54,065 nt of DNA from Catajapyx aquilonaris (Eukaryota), in NCBI GenBank assembly GCA_000934665.2, contig JYFJ02002606.1, positions 1 through 54,065 on the forward strand. Direction: 5' to 3'. Position numbers and translations under genes: made by a program. The notes beneath the pieces were generated by a model. The model made no database searches. It had not been told where the DNA came from and saw nothing but the letters and a program-made list of their open reading frames with translations. Every line of letters begins with the position of its first letter. The stretch's first letter is position 1. This document shows, one piece after another, positions 1 through 10,804 of the stretch.

Positions 1-3000
1 AGGACAAAGGGATGCGCAGGAAGGAAGGCGAAAAAAAGGAAAGTGGAAAGCGGACAAAGACGAAAGACGAGACGCAGGACAGTGGGACTGTCATCGAGAT
101 TATTTATTTGAGGTAGGTTCAGTCGACTTTAAGGTTATTCTGTGGAGCAGGGTGAGAATGAAATGTATACAGGTAAGAATAACAAGGGATATTTATTCCA
201 GGAATGAATGAGCACTAAAATGTGCTTGCTAACAATCGGTATTGAAAAACATAAGTGTTAAACACTGTTTGAGTAGCCTACTAAGAACACTTGTTGTAAA
301 CTTACGTGGCGTGGACGTCCTGTGAGGGGGAGAATGTGGCCAAGTGCTGAGTTTGGCGGTGTGGTGTGCCCTGCATGGAGGATCTCTGCTCTCAAGACTG
401 CCCAAACTTCGTCTTTTATACTTAACTTGCACGTGTTAACTACTTTATGACGGTGTCCAATGACGCACACCGATGTCTATTGACGTAGGGGAAGGTGGGG
501 CAAAGTGAAACGGAGGGCAAAGCGAAACACAGGCGTAAATTTTTCGTGCGGTGTGTGCCATCTCCTGTATCTTGCTACATCTAATGATCCACATAATGAT
601 GCACATAAATTACCTGATGGCAGCACTTTTTTGAAACTACAACGACTCAGGCAGCCATTTTTCATTTTGAACGGTCGCTGATGTAAATTCGACCATTCAC
701 TGAATAAGCTCTTGAAGTTGGCGTAAGTCATTGTCAAAGCTATCAATTATTTTGGAGGTATGTAAGATCACTCTTCACAGCATGGCAGTTCTTAAAGTTT
801 GATTTGATCAGCACTGTTAAAATGCCAGTAAGTTAATCGAGACCACGTGGTATGGGGCAAAGTGGAACGGGCAAAGTGGAACGCGTACCGCTATGCTCCG
901 TATATGCAAGAAATGGTCGCACGAGGAATGCACATTGTTTGATGCCGAAATAGATGATGAGGCTGCATACATTTGTGACTTATGCAAACTGTAGACTAAA
1001 GTGTAAGATGAGGGGTCTCACAAGTCAGATCAAAGGCGGCTAAAGTCCCAAAAAACACTGGTCGTAAAATTATGTGTCAAATAAAGTTTAATCGTGGCAG
1101 ATAATTGGAAAAAGTCCTTAATATTACTATACATTCCCGTAGGACCTGGATCATGAGTGTGCTGGTAGTATACAAGCATCCAGGACTGATTGATCTCATT
1201 AAAGCAGAGTCGTTCCGCTTTGCCCCACTACGTGTTCCACTTTACCCCGCAGGTGGGGCAAAGTGAAACGGGTTGGTGGGGGTTCAAAAATAAGGTTCTA
1301 ACTCCTACGGTAATTGACTTTAGTAATTCATCACTTCAGGTATTACAGAGGAGACATAAAGGTATTGTGCTGTGCACATTTTATCCCCTCAAGTTTTTCA
1401 TCTGATTGGGAAAAAAATAAACATCCCTGAACCGTTCCGCTTTGCCCCACCTTCCCCTACATTGGGACACCTGACACTACCGATCTCGACTCGATTGGAT
1501 ACGGTTAGTTTTTATGTGCTGAAATGCGTCATATGTTGCTCTACATCAGATGACGCATTTCCTATTTAATGATGATACGGTAAAATTGAAAGGCACCTTT
1601 GCCACGCACAAGAAAATAGTTTAACATGTTACATCAAAGGTTTCGCAAGTAACTCAATGTTACTGGGTGGTTCCATTTCAGATCAGCCAGTGAGTGAAAA
1701 AAGGTGTCAGGTCATAGTCATCGATTTTTTTGAAAAAAATATATGTGAAACCCACATCCAATTGAACTCTTATGGAGGAATCAGTTTTACCAGATTAAAT
1801 TTAGTTATCGAGATATTAATATTTCTTTGAAGGGGCTGTATGAAGTATAAAAGAATATTGCATATTAAAATGGCGTTTTCCATATATTAATTTTTGAAAT
1901 GTGCATGTTGTTGCATAGAAACAAAAATCATCACTGTAAATAAAAAATCGTGTCTCACTTAATACAAATATATACCGAATTTTGATATAATTTTATAATC
2001 GAACTCATGCTACTTTGTTATACAAAAAATAACGATTAAATCTTCAAATTTGCTTCTTCGAGAAAATATTTATTTTAAGTGTGCATATTGTAGCACAATT
2101 ACAAAAGTTGGGACTTTACAAAAATTTATATCTCACGTATAAAAAATATATACCGGGTTTTGACACTACTTAATTTTATAACATGTCCGTCCTTGTAGAG
2201 TAAAAAATAAAAATAAAATATTCAAAATGGCTTCTTCGAGAAAATGTTTATTTGAATTGTGCATTTTGTAGCACAATTACGAAAGTTGTGACTTTACAAA
2301 AATTTGTATCTCACGTATAAAAAATATATACGGGGTTTTGACACCAGTTAATTTTATACCATGCCTTTCCTTTTAAAATAAAAAATAAAAATAAAATATT
2401 CAAAATGGCTTTTTTGAGAAAATAATTTTTGAAATATGCATGTTTTCGCTTGTTGCCATATTTTCACCTCGCATATCTCAACTACACGCGGAGCTAACGA
2501 AGGTTTTATTTCATGGCCTGGAGGAGGAGGATGGGGTCAATATAATCAGCACAACCGTCACTTTTACCATAACGGCGTAATAAATTGCGAAATATGCGCA
2601 TTTTGACCAAAATATGCAAGATTGGTGATTTTTTTTGCAGGTGACTGTACCATTAAATAGTGTAAATTTATGCATTAAATGACAGTGTGTTATTCCAAAA
2701 GCACGAGTTTAAAATGTCATGATGGTTCTCAGAACAGTTCCCGAGATATACTCATTGAAAGCAATGGAAGAAGCGGGAAAAAGTGCGTCTTCGCGTGATT
2801 GTGATTTTGGTACCCCTTCAAAAAAATATTAATATCTCGATAACTAAATTTAATCTGGTAAAACTGATTGCTCCATAAGAGTTCAATTGGATGTGGGTTA
2901 CACATATATTTTTTTCAAAAAAATCGATGACTATGACCTGACACCTTTTTTTCACTCACTGGCTGATCTGAAATGGAACCACCCTACTAAAGATTTTGGC

Positions 3001-5892
3001 TTACTCAGCAAGGATGGCAGGATGACCAAAGACGTTGGGGAAGATGATGAAAGGGCAAGTGGAATGCAAGCGAAGACGAAGGGTGATGAGGAGCAGGACA
3101 AAGGAATGAGCACGAAGGAAGGCGAAGAAAAGGAAAGTGGAACGCGGACAGAGACGAAAGACGAGAAGCAGGACAGTGGGACGACCAAAGACGTTGGGGA
3201 AGATGATGATGAAAGGGCAAGTGGAATGCAAGCGAAGACGAAGACTGATGAGAAGCAGGACAAAGGGATGAGCACGAAGGAAGGCGAAGGAAAGGAAAGT
3301 GGAAAGCGGACAGAGACGAAAGGCGAGACGCAGGACAGCAGGACGACCAAAGACGTTGGGGAAGATGAGGAAAGGGCAAGTGGAATGCAAGCGAAGACGA
3401 AAGGTGAGAAGTCGGAGGGAAGGACAAGCACGTCGAGAGGAGAGGACCATGAGGAAAGGGCAAGTGGCAAGCGGGCCAAGACTGGTGAGAAACAGGAGAG
3501 AAGGAGGAGCACGAAGGACGATGAGGAAAAGGCAAGTGGAAAGAAGAAGAAGAGGGCAAAGAGCGTGGTGGACAGTGACAAACAGGAGTCTGGAAGCCGG
3601 AAAGAAAGAGAACCTGCCGAGAGCGTGGACGGAAAGGACCAACACGTGCAGTTCAAGGAAGCTAAAGGCAAGTAGTTCTAGATGCCTCGGCCATTTTTCT
3701 CCCTCCCACCAAGCGTAGCGTTGGAAATAAGTACACCAACTACGCCTCAGGGCAGTACAACTAAATAAATCAATAAATAAGTACACTAACTATATATACA
3801 TAGAACCAGTCCCCTGCAACTCCCAGCCCAGTCTTATGGCCTTGGCAACGTCGCAAACGTCGTCACTTTGTTCCCCCCTCCAAGATTTGGAAATAAGTTA
3901 ATATAGCTTATTTACCAGTACAACCACTACACATAGCTATCGTTGATATTTCTAACCGTGCAAGCTTATGGTAACGCCTATCCTCCTATACAGTTCGCAG
4001 ACGAAAAGAGTCCGACGAAGGCCGCCTGAAGTACACGGCCAAGACAGAGAAGTTGAGGCAGCACAGTTCCGTGAGGGCCCTTCTGGAGGCTGGAGCTGAC
4101 GTGAACCTGGAGGTGAACGGACAGAACCCTCTGTCACTGGCCATCCTCCACGGGAACGAGCATCTCCTACCTCTCTTGCTGAGTTCCGGAGCGGATCCGA
4201 ACAAACCTCTGTCCATGGGCACCGGAAGCGCCTTGGGAGCGGCTCTCATCGTCGAGGGGGAACGGGACAGGACGCTCAAGAAGAGGAAGAAGATAGTGGA
4301 CACCCTTCTGGACAAAGGGAAGGGGAATTTGAGACAGAAGCTGAAGTTCTCCCCTGGAGAGAAGGACGTTGGGAACGCTGTGGAACTGTTTGAGCGAAGC
4401 ATCAATAGTGAAGAGTGAGTGCTATATGTAATAGTCGCACGACCAGACGCGTGCGACCGAGGTTCAAATCGTGAGAGTTTTAACAAGGCCTTTAGAAGCA
4501 ATCGTCACGACCAGACGATGTGCGACCGACAAAGATTGGCTCCTTTGGTCGTGCGACCGTTGCTCAAATTGTGACGTCGTAAACATGTTTTAGAAGCATT
4601 CGTCGGACGACCAGACACTTTACGACCGACAAAAATGGGCTCCCCTGGTCGTGCGACCTAGGTTCAAATCGTGAGAGTTTAAACATGCCTATAGAAGCAA
4701 TTATTGTCGCACGACCAGACGATTTGCGACCGACAAAAATTGGCTCTCCCTGGTCATGCGACCGTTGCTCAAATTGTGACGTCGGAAACAGGTTTTAGAA
4801 GCATTCGTCGCACGACCAGACACTTTACGACCGACAAAAATGGGCTCCCCTGGTCGTGCGACCGAGTCTCAAATCGTGATGGCTTAAACAGGCCTTTGTA
4901 AGCAATCGTCACACGACCAGATGCTTCGCGATCGACAAAAATTGTCACCCTGGTCGTGCGACCTAGGTTCAAATCGTGAGAGTTTAAACATGCCTATAGA
5001 AGCAATTATTGTCGCACGACCAGACGATTTGCGACCGACAAAAAATTGGCTCCCCTGGTCATGCGACCGTTGCTCAAATTGTGACGTCGTAAACAGGTTT
5101 TAGAAGCATTCGTCGCACGACCAGACGCTTTACGACCGACAATAATGGGCTCCCCATGTCGTGCGACCGAGTCTCAAATCGTGATGGCTTAAACAGGCAT
5201 TTGTATAAGCAATCGTGTGTGCAATCGTCGCACGACCATACTCTTCGCGACCGACAAAAAATTGGCTTCCCTGGTCGTGCGACCGAGGCTGAAGTCGTCC
5301 ATTTTTCTAGCACAAGACAGCTCAACACGTTGACCCTGGTTCGCAAAGGTTACCAGAGAGCCAAGCTGAGGAAGTACCTTGAAGGCCTGTTGCGTTCGAG
5401 CATCATGGATAGAATCAAAGAGATCCTAGAGCTCCTGATGGATCCGACACTGGACGCCAACAAGAGGAAGAGACTCATGAACGAGCTTCGCAGGCTCTTT
5501 CTGTCGGAGATACGCAAGAATAAGGAGGTAATAATTAGGCTCCTGATTGGTTACAACGCTATAGTCTTTGATTTGATTTTTTCCAGATGTTTCTTACGAT
5601 GTTGATGGCCATGGAGAATTTTTGCTTCAGTTGCGGACGACTTGCGAAGAAAGACACGTTGCAGAAGTACGCTTGCAGAGAGTGTGGGATGGTGTTCTGC
5701 TCGGCCGTTTGCAAAAATGAGGCGCATGCTCATAAGAAAAAGGAATGCGGCATTATCAAAAGTAAGCGTAGCTTCATTGCAGGTCAACAACAATTGGCCC
5801 ATCAGATGAATTTTTTGACGAACGCAACCGAGTGCGCACAACAGTTAGCACAGCTTGCAGGGTTGTCATTAGCAATTATTTCTCCCTTATAG
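1..5892 (+). CDS. ANKMY1: Ankyrin repeat and MYND zinc-finger protein (ANKMY1-like), 5'-partial, with an N-terminal 53-54 aa charged tandem-repeat region; repeat exon interrupted by a TE insertion at 89-3019
   Basis: Phase-compatible exons: <1-88 and 3020-3667 (repeat TTKDVGEDDERASGMQAKTK..., GC donor AG|GCAAGT), 3994-4414 (ankyrins: VRALLEAGADVN..QNPLSLAILHGN..GADPNKPLSMGTGSAL..GEKDVGNAVE), 5311-5527, 5587-~5892 (MYND: FCFSCGR..ACRECGMVFCSAVCK..HAHKKKEC). The GADPN..GSAL..VG.AV segment followed by FCxxCGR-MYND matches the ANKMY1 C-terminal layout as I recall it. Confidence 0.7.
488..1457. mobile_element. Non-autonomous Tc1/mariner-pogo-type DNA transposon (MITE) nested in the LTR
   Basis: TIR GGGGAAGGTGGGGCAAAGTGAAACGG (488-513) versus CCGTTCCGCTTTGCCCCACCTTCCCC (1432-1457), flanked by TA on both sides. 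Internal copies of the TIR core at ~853-883 and ~1210-1271. No transposase ORF. Confidence 0.8.
1665..2984. mobile_element. Non-autonomous DNA transposon with ~170-bp TIRs and 4-bp TSD (Sola2-like), nested in the LTR
   Basis: Near-perfect inverted repeats 1665-~1835 and ~2813-2984 (GGGTGGTTCCATTTCAGATCAGCCAGTGAG...). TSD TACT at 1661-1664 and 2985-2988. About three internal ~178-bp AT-rich tandem units (~1865-2440). A 4-bp TSD with GRG termini fits Sola2, but the superfamily call is tentative. Confidence 0.8.
3022..3530 (+). repeat. Coding tandem repeat, 159-162 bp units (53-54 aa), continuing at window positions 1-88
   Basis: Units begin ACCAAAGACGTTGGGGAAGATGA at ~3025, ~3184 and ~3346, then degenerate; positions 1-88 match the unit's 3' half. 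Confidence 0.9.
4434..5290. repeat. Intronic tandem array of ~101-bp hairpin-containing monomers with a 3-monomer higher-order period
   Basis: Monomers start GTCGCACGACCAGA at ~4434, 4504, 4602, 4706, 4807, 4908, 5011, 5112 and 5227. Each full monomer contains the inverse CTGGTCGTGCGAC about 30 nt later. Confidence 0.9.
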
Positions 5893-7616
5893 TGGGTGGA
5901 CTGAGCTGCACTTATTTCCAACGCTACGTTTGGAGGGTGAGAACAAATGGTCGACGTTTACGCAGTTTCAATGCGGGTCAACAATTGGCCCAAAACTATA
6001 TAATTAACTTTTTTACAAACGTAATAGAGTGCCCAGCCTGTTTGTTTGTTTGTTTGTTTATTGAGAAGAAGCCAAAGCAACTATGGCTATCTGGCTATAA
6101 GAAGACGCAAAGGTGGGACTGGACAGATGGAGAGAGAAACGAAGAGGAAAAAGAAGAGAGGAAAGACTATCTCTCTTTGTCTGTCTCCTATCCCAAAGAC
6201 CTGTCCAACTTGGGCGGCCCTACCAGTAGACGAAACTACCGCCGGCGTAGCTCTTGGGGTCATGGGAGAAACGCAAACCCCTCCATTGTATAGTGGGTGT
6301 ACCGTGTGCTGCACTTATTTCCAACGCTACGTGTGGGGGACGGGAACAAAATGGCCGACGTTTGCGACGTTGCCAAAGCTCTGGAGACTTCTTATAGAAC
6401 GGAGCTGTGACCGTCCTTCCGTCCGTCCGTCTGTCTGTGAACAGGGATCAGGGCCTGAACCGCAAGAGGTAACCCAGGCTGCAAACGGTTTTCGGATTTG
6501 CTGGATTCAGTGTGACCAAAACACGTGTATAGGTTTCATGGTCAATTTCCGGTGACCAGCCCCTTCAGCAGGTACCCAGGTTCATTCTATCCTGCAAGGC
6601 AACGTGAAATGAGACTGACAACATTCCATGTCAGTGTTGTCCAATTTGAATTTTGTGAAAAAGTCTACTCTGATCACGCTCGTGTGATTTGCCAATCTTG
6701 TTTGTTTGTTTTTTTTTTCTCCTGGAGAGTTGTTGTCAGAACAATGGAGCTGCGTGAGTGAGGGTGCGCACTCGGTTGAGCTTGTAAAAAAATTTCATAT
6801 AATTACCCTAATATAGTTTAAAATGTGAGGTGAAAACTGTCGAGAAATCGACCGTTAACGACACCATTAGACGTGTGGTAACCTACCCTTGATTGTTGTG
6901 TATTGTTTCAGAGGCCCGAGAAATCTGGGGTATTCCGGTGAATTTTGTGGAGAAACCAAAATACGGAAGTAAGAACCACTCGTCTCATTGCCTACAGAAC
7001 ATGATCGTTAAACACTTTGCTCTTTTTTTCCTAAGAATATGTGCCGGTCAAGCCCGTGTTGCGACGTGCGGTTGGTCACATTCTGACCGAATGCAGAGAT
7101 GCGAGGATGGTTCTGACACCGTCGGAGGCCACTCTTCACACCAAGCCCAAACAAGAAAACTACAGCATCGATTGATGGATTGGTCCTGAACACTGTATAG
7201 CTTATAGCCTGAAAATAGGCATATTATGACCCACCCTTTACACATAGCAGGCTCTATGAAATAAAATATGAATAAGAAAAATGGTTCATATCGAAGCTGG
7301 CATGCGCAATATAGGGTACAAAGCTTCAAAGTGCATTACGTAGGAAGTACTAATCATCAGTCATAATTATTACTCATTACCAATCCCGAGGACTGCATGG
7401 CACACGTGGTGTGTAATGTTTGTTCTATTTGTGTGGTTCTCTGACGGTAGCTGTGCGACAGGCGCTTACATTACGTCCAGAGACAATCATGTCGGAAGCC
7501 CACAAAACATACAGAACAATATGATTATCACTTCTCGTAAAATCTTCGACGCATCATCTTTTATTTTCATTTACGAGGTGAATATATCATCTGTTGTTAA
7601 TTCCAGGAATTGGATG

Positions 7617-9945
7617 TCATTTTCTGTTGCGGGAGTGGGGAATTGGATTGTTACTTCTTACTCTGAAATATTTGGGCCATTTTTGTGTCATGTTTGCACT
7701 CTTCCAGTATCCGAGCTCAAAGGTGAATGCTAGTGCAGCAAGGGACATACCTGTGATCCAGAAAACACACACAACAACAAGATTTTCAACTTTGACTGAT
7801 GCGCCTTTGATGTCTTCGTTCTTCGTCACGTCTTCAGACAGACGCAGAGTTCGGAGGTTGAAGCAGAAATTGCGGAAGCTGTCCTCTCTCTTCCACTGGT
7901 AGTAGAGGTCACTCTCCCACAGCTTCATGCGAAAGTTGAGGAAGTTTGGTACCTCAGCGTTACCCTTGCCGTAGACAATAGAAGTATACACGGTGTAAGC
8001 ATGTTCAGGCGCCACTTGCAAGGTGGGGTCTCCGTTTTCATCTCTCAATTTGGCCTCGTCTCGGTCAACAAAGTAGTTGTACAGTAGACATGCTGTTCTT
8101 GGAGTGTCCACCACTTGTGCCATGCAGTCCTCGGAATTGGTTATGATTGACGATTGGTTGATGAGATCTTCGTAAGGGGTGTTGGCGTATATCTGAGACA
8201 CGACCACCAGGTTTGAGTAGGGTATTAGTGTCTCGTACCCTTCCTGAGCCAGCTGACCCAAGGTCTTGGGCAGTTCCTCCTTGGACAACACGGCCAAGAA
8301 GGCCAGCAGTTTGGTGACGTACCCGCAGGAAACGATGATGGCCATTAGCCTCATTGACCCTTCGAACTCACGAGATGCTGTGAGTTGAGGAAGATCATGA
8401 GGTTGACCGATGAGCATCTTGAAGAGAGAGGCAATGGCTGATCCCAGGCTGATATTTACCCCTGATCGACGGAAGATCATCCACATGGCCACTCCTGAGA
8501 CGACCCAGGTCACGAAGATCAAAGCCCACAGTGGAGGATCAAACGGGTCGAACAACAAGCTCCAAGGGATGATCTTTCTGGGCAAGGCGGTGACGAAGGT
8601 CATGTAAAAATTAAGGACTGCCGTAGAAAATAGCACGTACCGGGGGACCTTGTCAGACATGATGTAAACCATTCCCGAATAGGCTTTTGAGGAGAGGATG
8701 TCTCCAACTGTCCCCGTCCAGCTTCCGTTGGGACGCAACTTGTCCCAGTCGTCCAATGCGATGTCAACAAGACTTATGACCTGAATCCTGCCATTGAAGG
8801 TGTCCTCCCAAGAGAGGTACATCTTCTCCAACCGCGTGAGGTACAGTCGGCCAAACATTTTCAGGTTTTTACGTGCCTCCTCCGTGTCATGGAACTCAAA
8901 GTGGACGAACTTGACCGTACGTCCGTGCAGGTCTCTGCTAGTGTCCGGATAAATGTACTGAACAGGGAATCTGTCCGGATAGCTGCCCAGAGTCATCCAG
9001 TTTGGTTCTCCGTGGTCGCAGTAGAAGCAGACAGTCTCAACTGTCAACAGCTTTCCCGCTTGATTGGTTCTGAAATGACACAATCATTGATAATAAGAGT
9101 GGCGTTTCAGTCTTCTGAAATTAATATATTTATCAAAAGTGTCACTTTATGGTCTACACTCAACAATATTTTCAGGTGGTATATCGACAAATAGCCTAAT
9201 TATTACGGTACCATATATTTTTACCTAACTAATATGTGGGATGCGCTGGTTTCAGTCAAAAATCTTAAATAACAGTGGCGCGAGAATTGAAAAACTGATT
9301 TGTCACAAAGTCACCCCCTCCCCATTTACGGTATAGGTATGTTATTATTGCTTAAATAATATTGCTATAGATAAAGCAATACCTGCTTGATATGATCTTG
9401 TACCGTATCCCTCTGGCTGGATGATCCAGTAGCATATCCTTGTTCTGCTCACTCATGTTGCGAATGTGAAGGACAAAGTTGTCGTGCAGATTCCTGACCT
9501 GTACTGTCCCTGCCAGTTGCACCAGCTGGTCAGGCAGGGTGGACGGAGTGTGGGACACCAAGAGGTGCATGGCACACTTGTCTCCGAGGTTCACCTGGGA
9601 CATCATGTCTGGAGGCATGGTGGTGAAGGAGTGCATCTGCTCAGGACCAGTGATTCCGACGTACTCTCTCCATGGTTTGGGTCGAAACGCGTTGTCCTTT
9701 TTTGCAGCGAGTGTGACCGTCGTGTGGTACCCTCCATATCGTTCAGTCAACAATCCGGACATTCTCGTGCTGTCCTCTCCTTCGCCCAAGGACAGCAGCA
9801 GGGAACAGTCCTGAAGCTGGTTCTCCAGCAGATCTAGGACCATCCTGGACAACAGCTGGTCCTCCTCATCTTCCTGTCGCAGTGTCACCCTGCTTCCGTG
9901 ACAGTCCTGCAGGACAAGAAGTATCAGCAGACTGCAAGCCAGCAT
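7617..9945 (-). CDS. Divergent ionotropic receptor (IR, variant iGluR chemoreceptor) IR-A, 2 exons, ~671 aa
   Basis: Exons 9945-9383 and 9069-7617 (phase 2, GT-AG). Signal peptide, DLHGRT, S1 PNGSWTGTVGDI, LFDPFDPPLWALI-M1, M3 GYVTKLLAFL, S2 and M4 followed by FTFELGYW. Confidence 0.88.
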
Positions 9946-10336
9946 TGTTGCTTCGCACTGCGTAACACTTCTATCCTCGCTCTACTTCAATACCTTCTTG
10001 CGTCATGTTCAGTATACGTTATAACTGAATGTTTTATATTCCCATCTAGCAAGTCGGTTTCTCTTCACTTATTAGAGTGATTACTTAGCTTACAGCTTGA
10101 AGTGCAATCAAATAGAGTGCAGAACTGTACCACAAATCACAGTCATTGTGATAGTGGCTGGCCTTGCGCGATTACGCGTAGTTATGATTTTTTAATAAAT
10201 TGGGCTAAGTGGTCAATAAAAAAAGCCTTTTTAACTATTAATGGTTCTGGCATTTTCGCGGCAGACTATGGCTTTCCAATCGCTTTATTTGGGATAATTT
10301 AATGGCTGTTGTATTTCAGACAGAAGTAAATCTCGT

Positions 10337-10485
10337 CTATTTTCGGTTTAAAAAAGGTGGTAGGAAAAGAAGAATATATGGAAGGAGGCAATATTTGTAA
10401 ATTAACGAATATAAAGTACATTAATTCTTATTGCCTCCTTCCATATCTTCTCCTTTTCCTACCTCCTTTTTTAAACCGAAAATAG
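10337..10485. mobile_element. Small hairpin MITE
   Basis: ~57-bp imperfect inverted arms CTATTTTCGGTTTAAAAAAGG...GGAGGCAATA / TATTGCCTCC...CCTTTTTTAAACCGAAAATAG with a ~35-nt spacer. Confidence 0.6.
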
Positions 10486-10804
10486 TAAAATTTCTGGACT
10501 GATCCAGAATTTTACGGAAATAGTTATCGAGCCGTTTGGTACTTATAAGTTTTATCAGACATTCGATGTTGTTAATTATTCAGTGATCAAAATATTGATT
10601 ATTATCATTGATCTGACTCATCTGAGAAAGTAGTGTTACGGACCTAGTAGGCCTATATACTGACTCTGATGGATGATTATGCCAATAAAAATTGCACACC
10701 CACAAAACATACAGAGAAGTGAGGGTTGTTAGTGTTTGTATGGGTATGCCCATACCATTTGTTCAATCCTATAGAGACACGATGAGTCTATTTGTATTTC
10801 CCAG

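Larger units (their letters stand above)
89..3019 (-). mobile_element. Probable solo LTR (~630 bp once the two nested elements are removed) inserted in a coding repeat unit
   Basis: Starts TGTCATC (89) and ends GATGGCA (3019): TG...CA with short inverted termini. 4-bp TSD GGAC (85-88) / GGAT (3020-3023, a CpG transition). Removing the insert restores the repeat unit GACAGTGGGAC-GACCAAAGACG seen intact at ~3172-3193. TATAAAAG (413-420) and AATAAA signals lie on the minus strand. Confidence 0.65.

Noticed and set aside
2887..3019. Start of the 262-aa ORF at 2887
   Set aside because: The first ~44 codons lie in the transposon TIR and LTR end; the real coding sequence is the repeat exon.
2952..3786. 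Three long minus-strand ORFs
   Set aside because: Antisense shadows of a purine-rich coding repeat.
4434..5290. CRISPR-like array of palindromic repeats with spacers
   Set aside because: The spacers are homologous to each other and recur periodically, there are no cas genes, and the array sits in a spliceosomal intron.
6390..6960. Possible second HINE/DINE-like element starting at a (CCGT)n(CTGT)n microsatellite
   Set aside because: Only the microsatellite is suggestive; no terminal hairpin or boundaries could be established.
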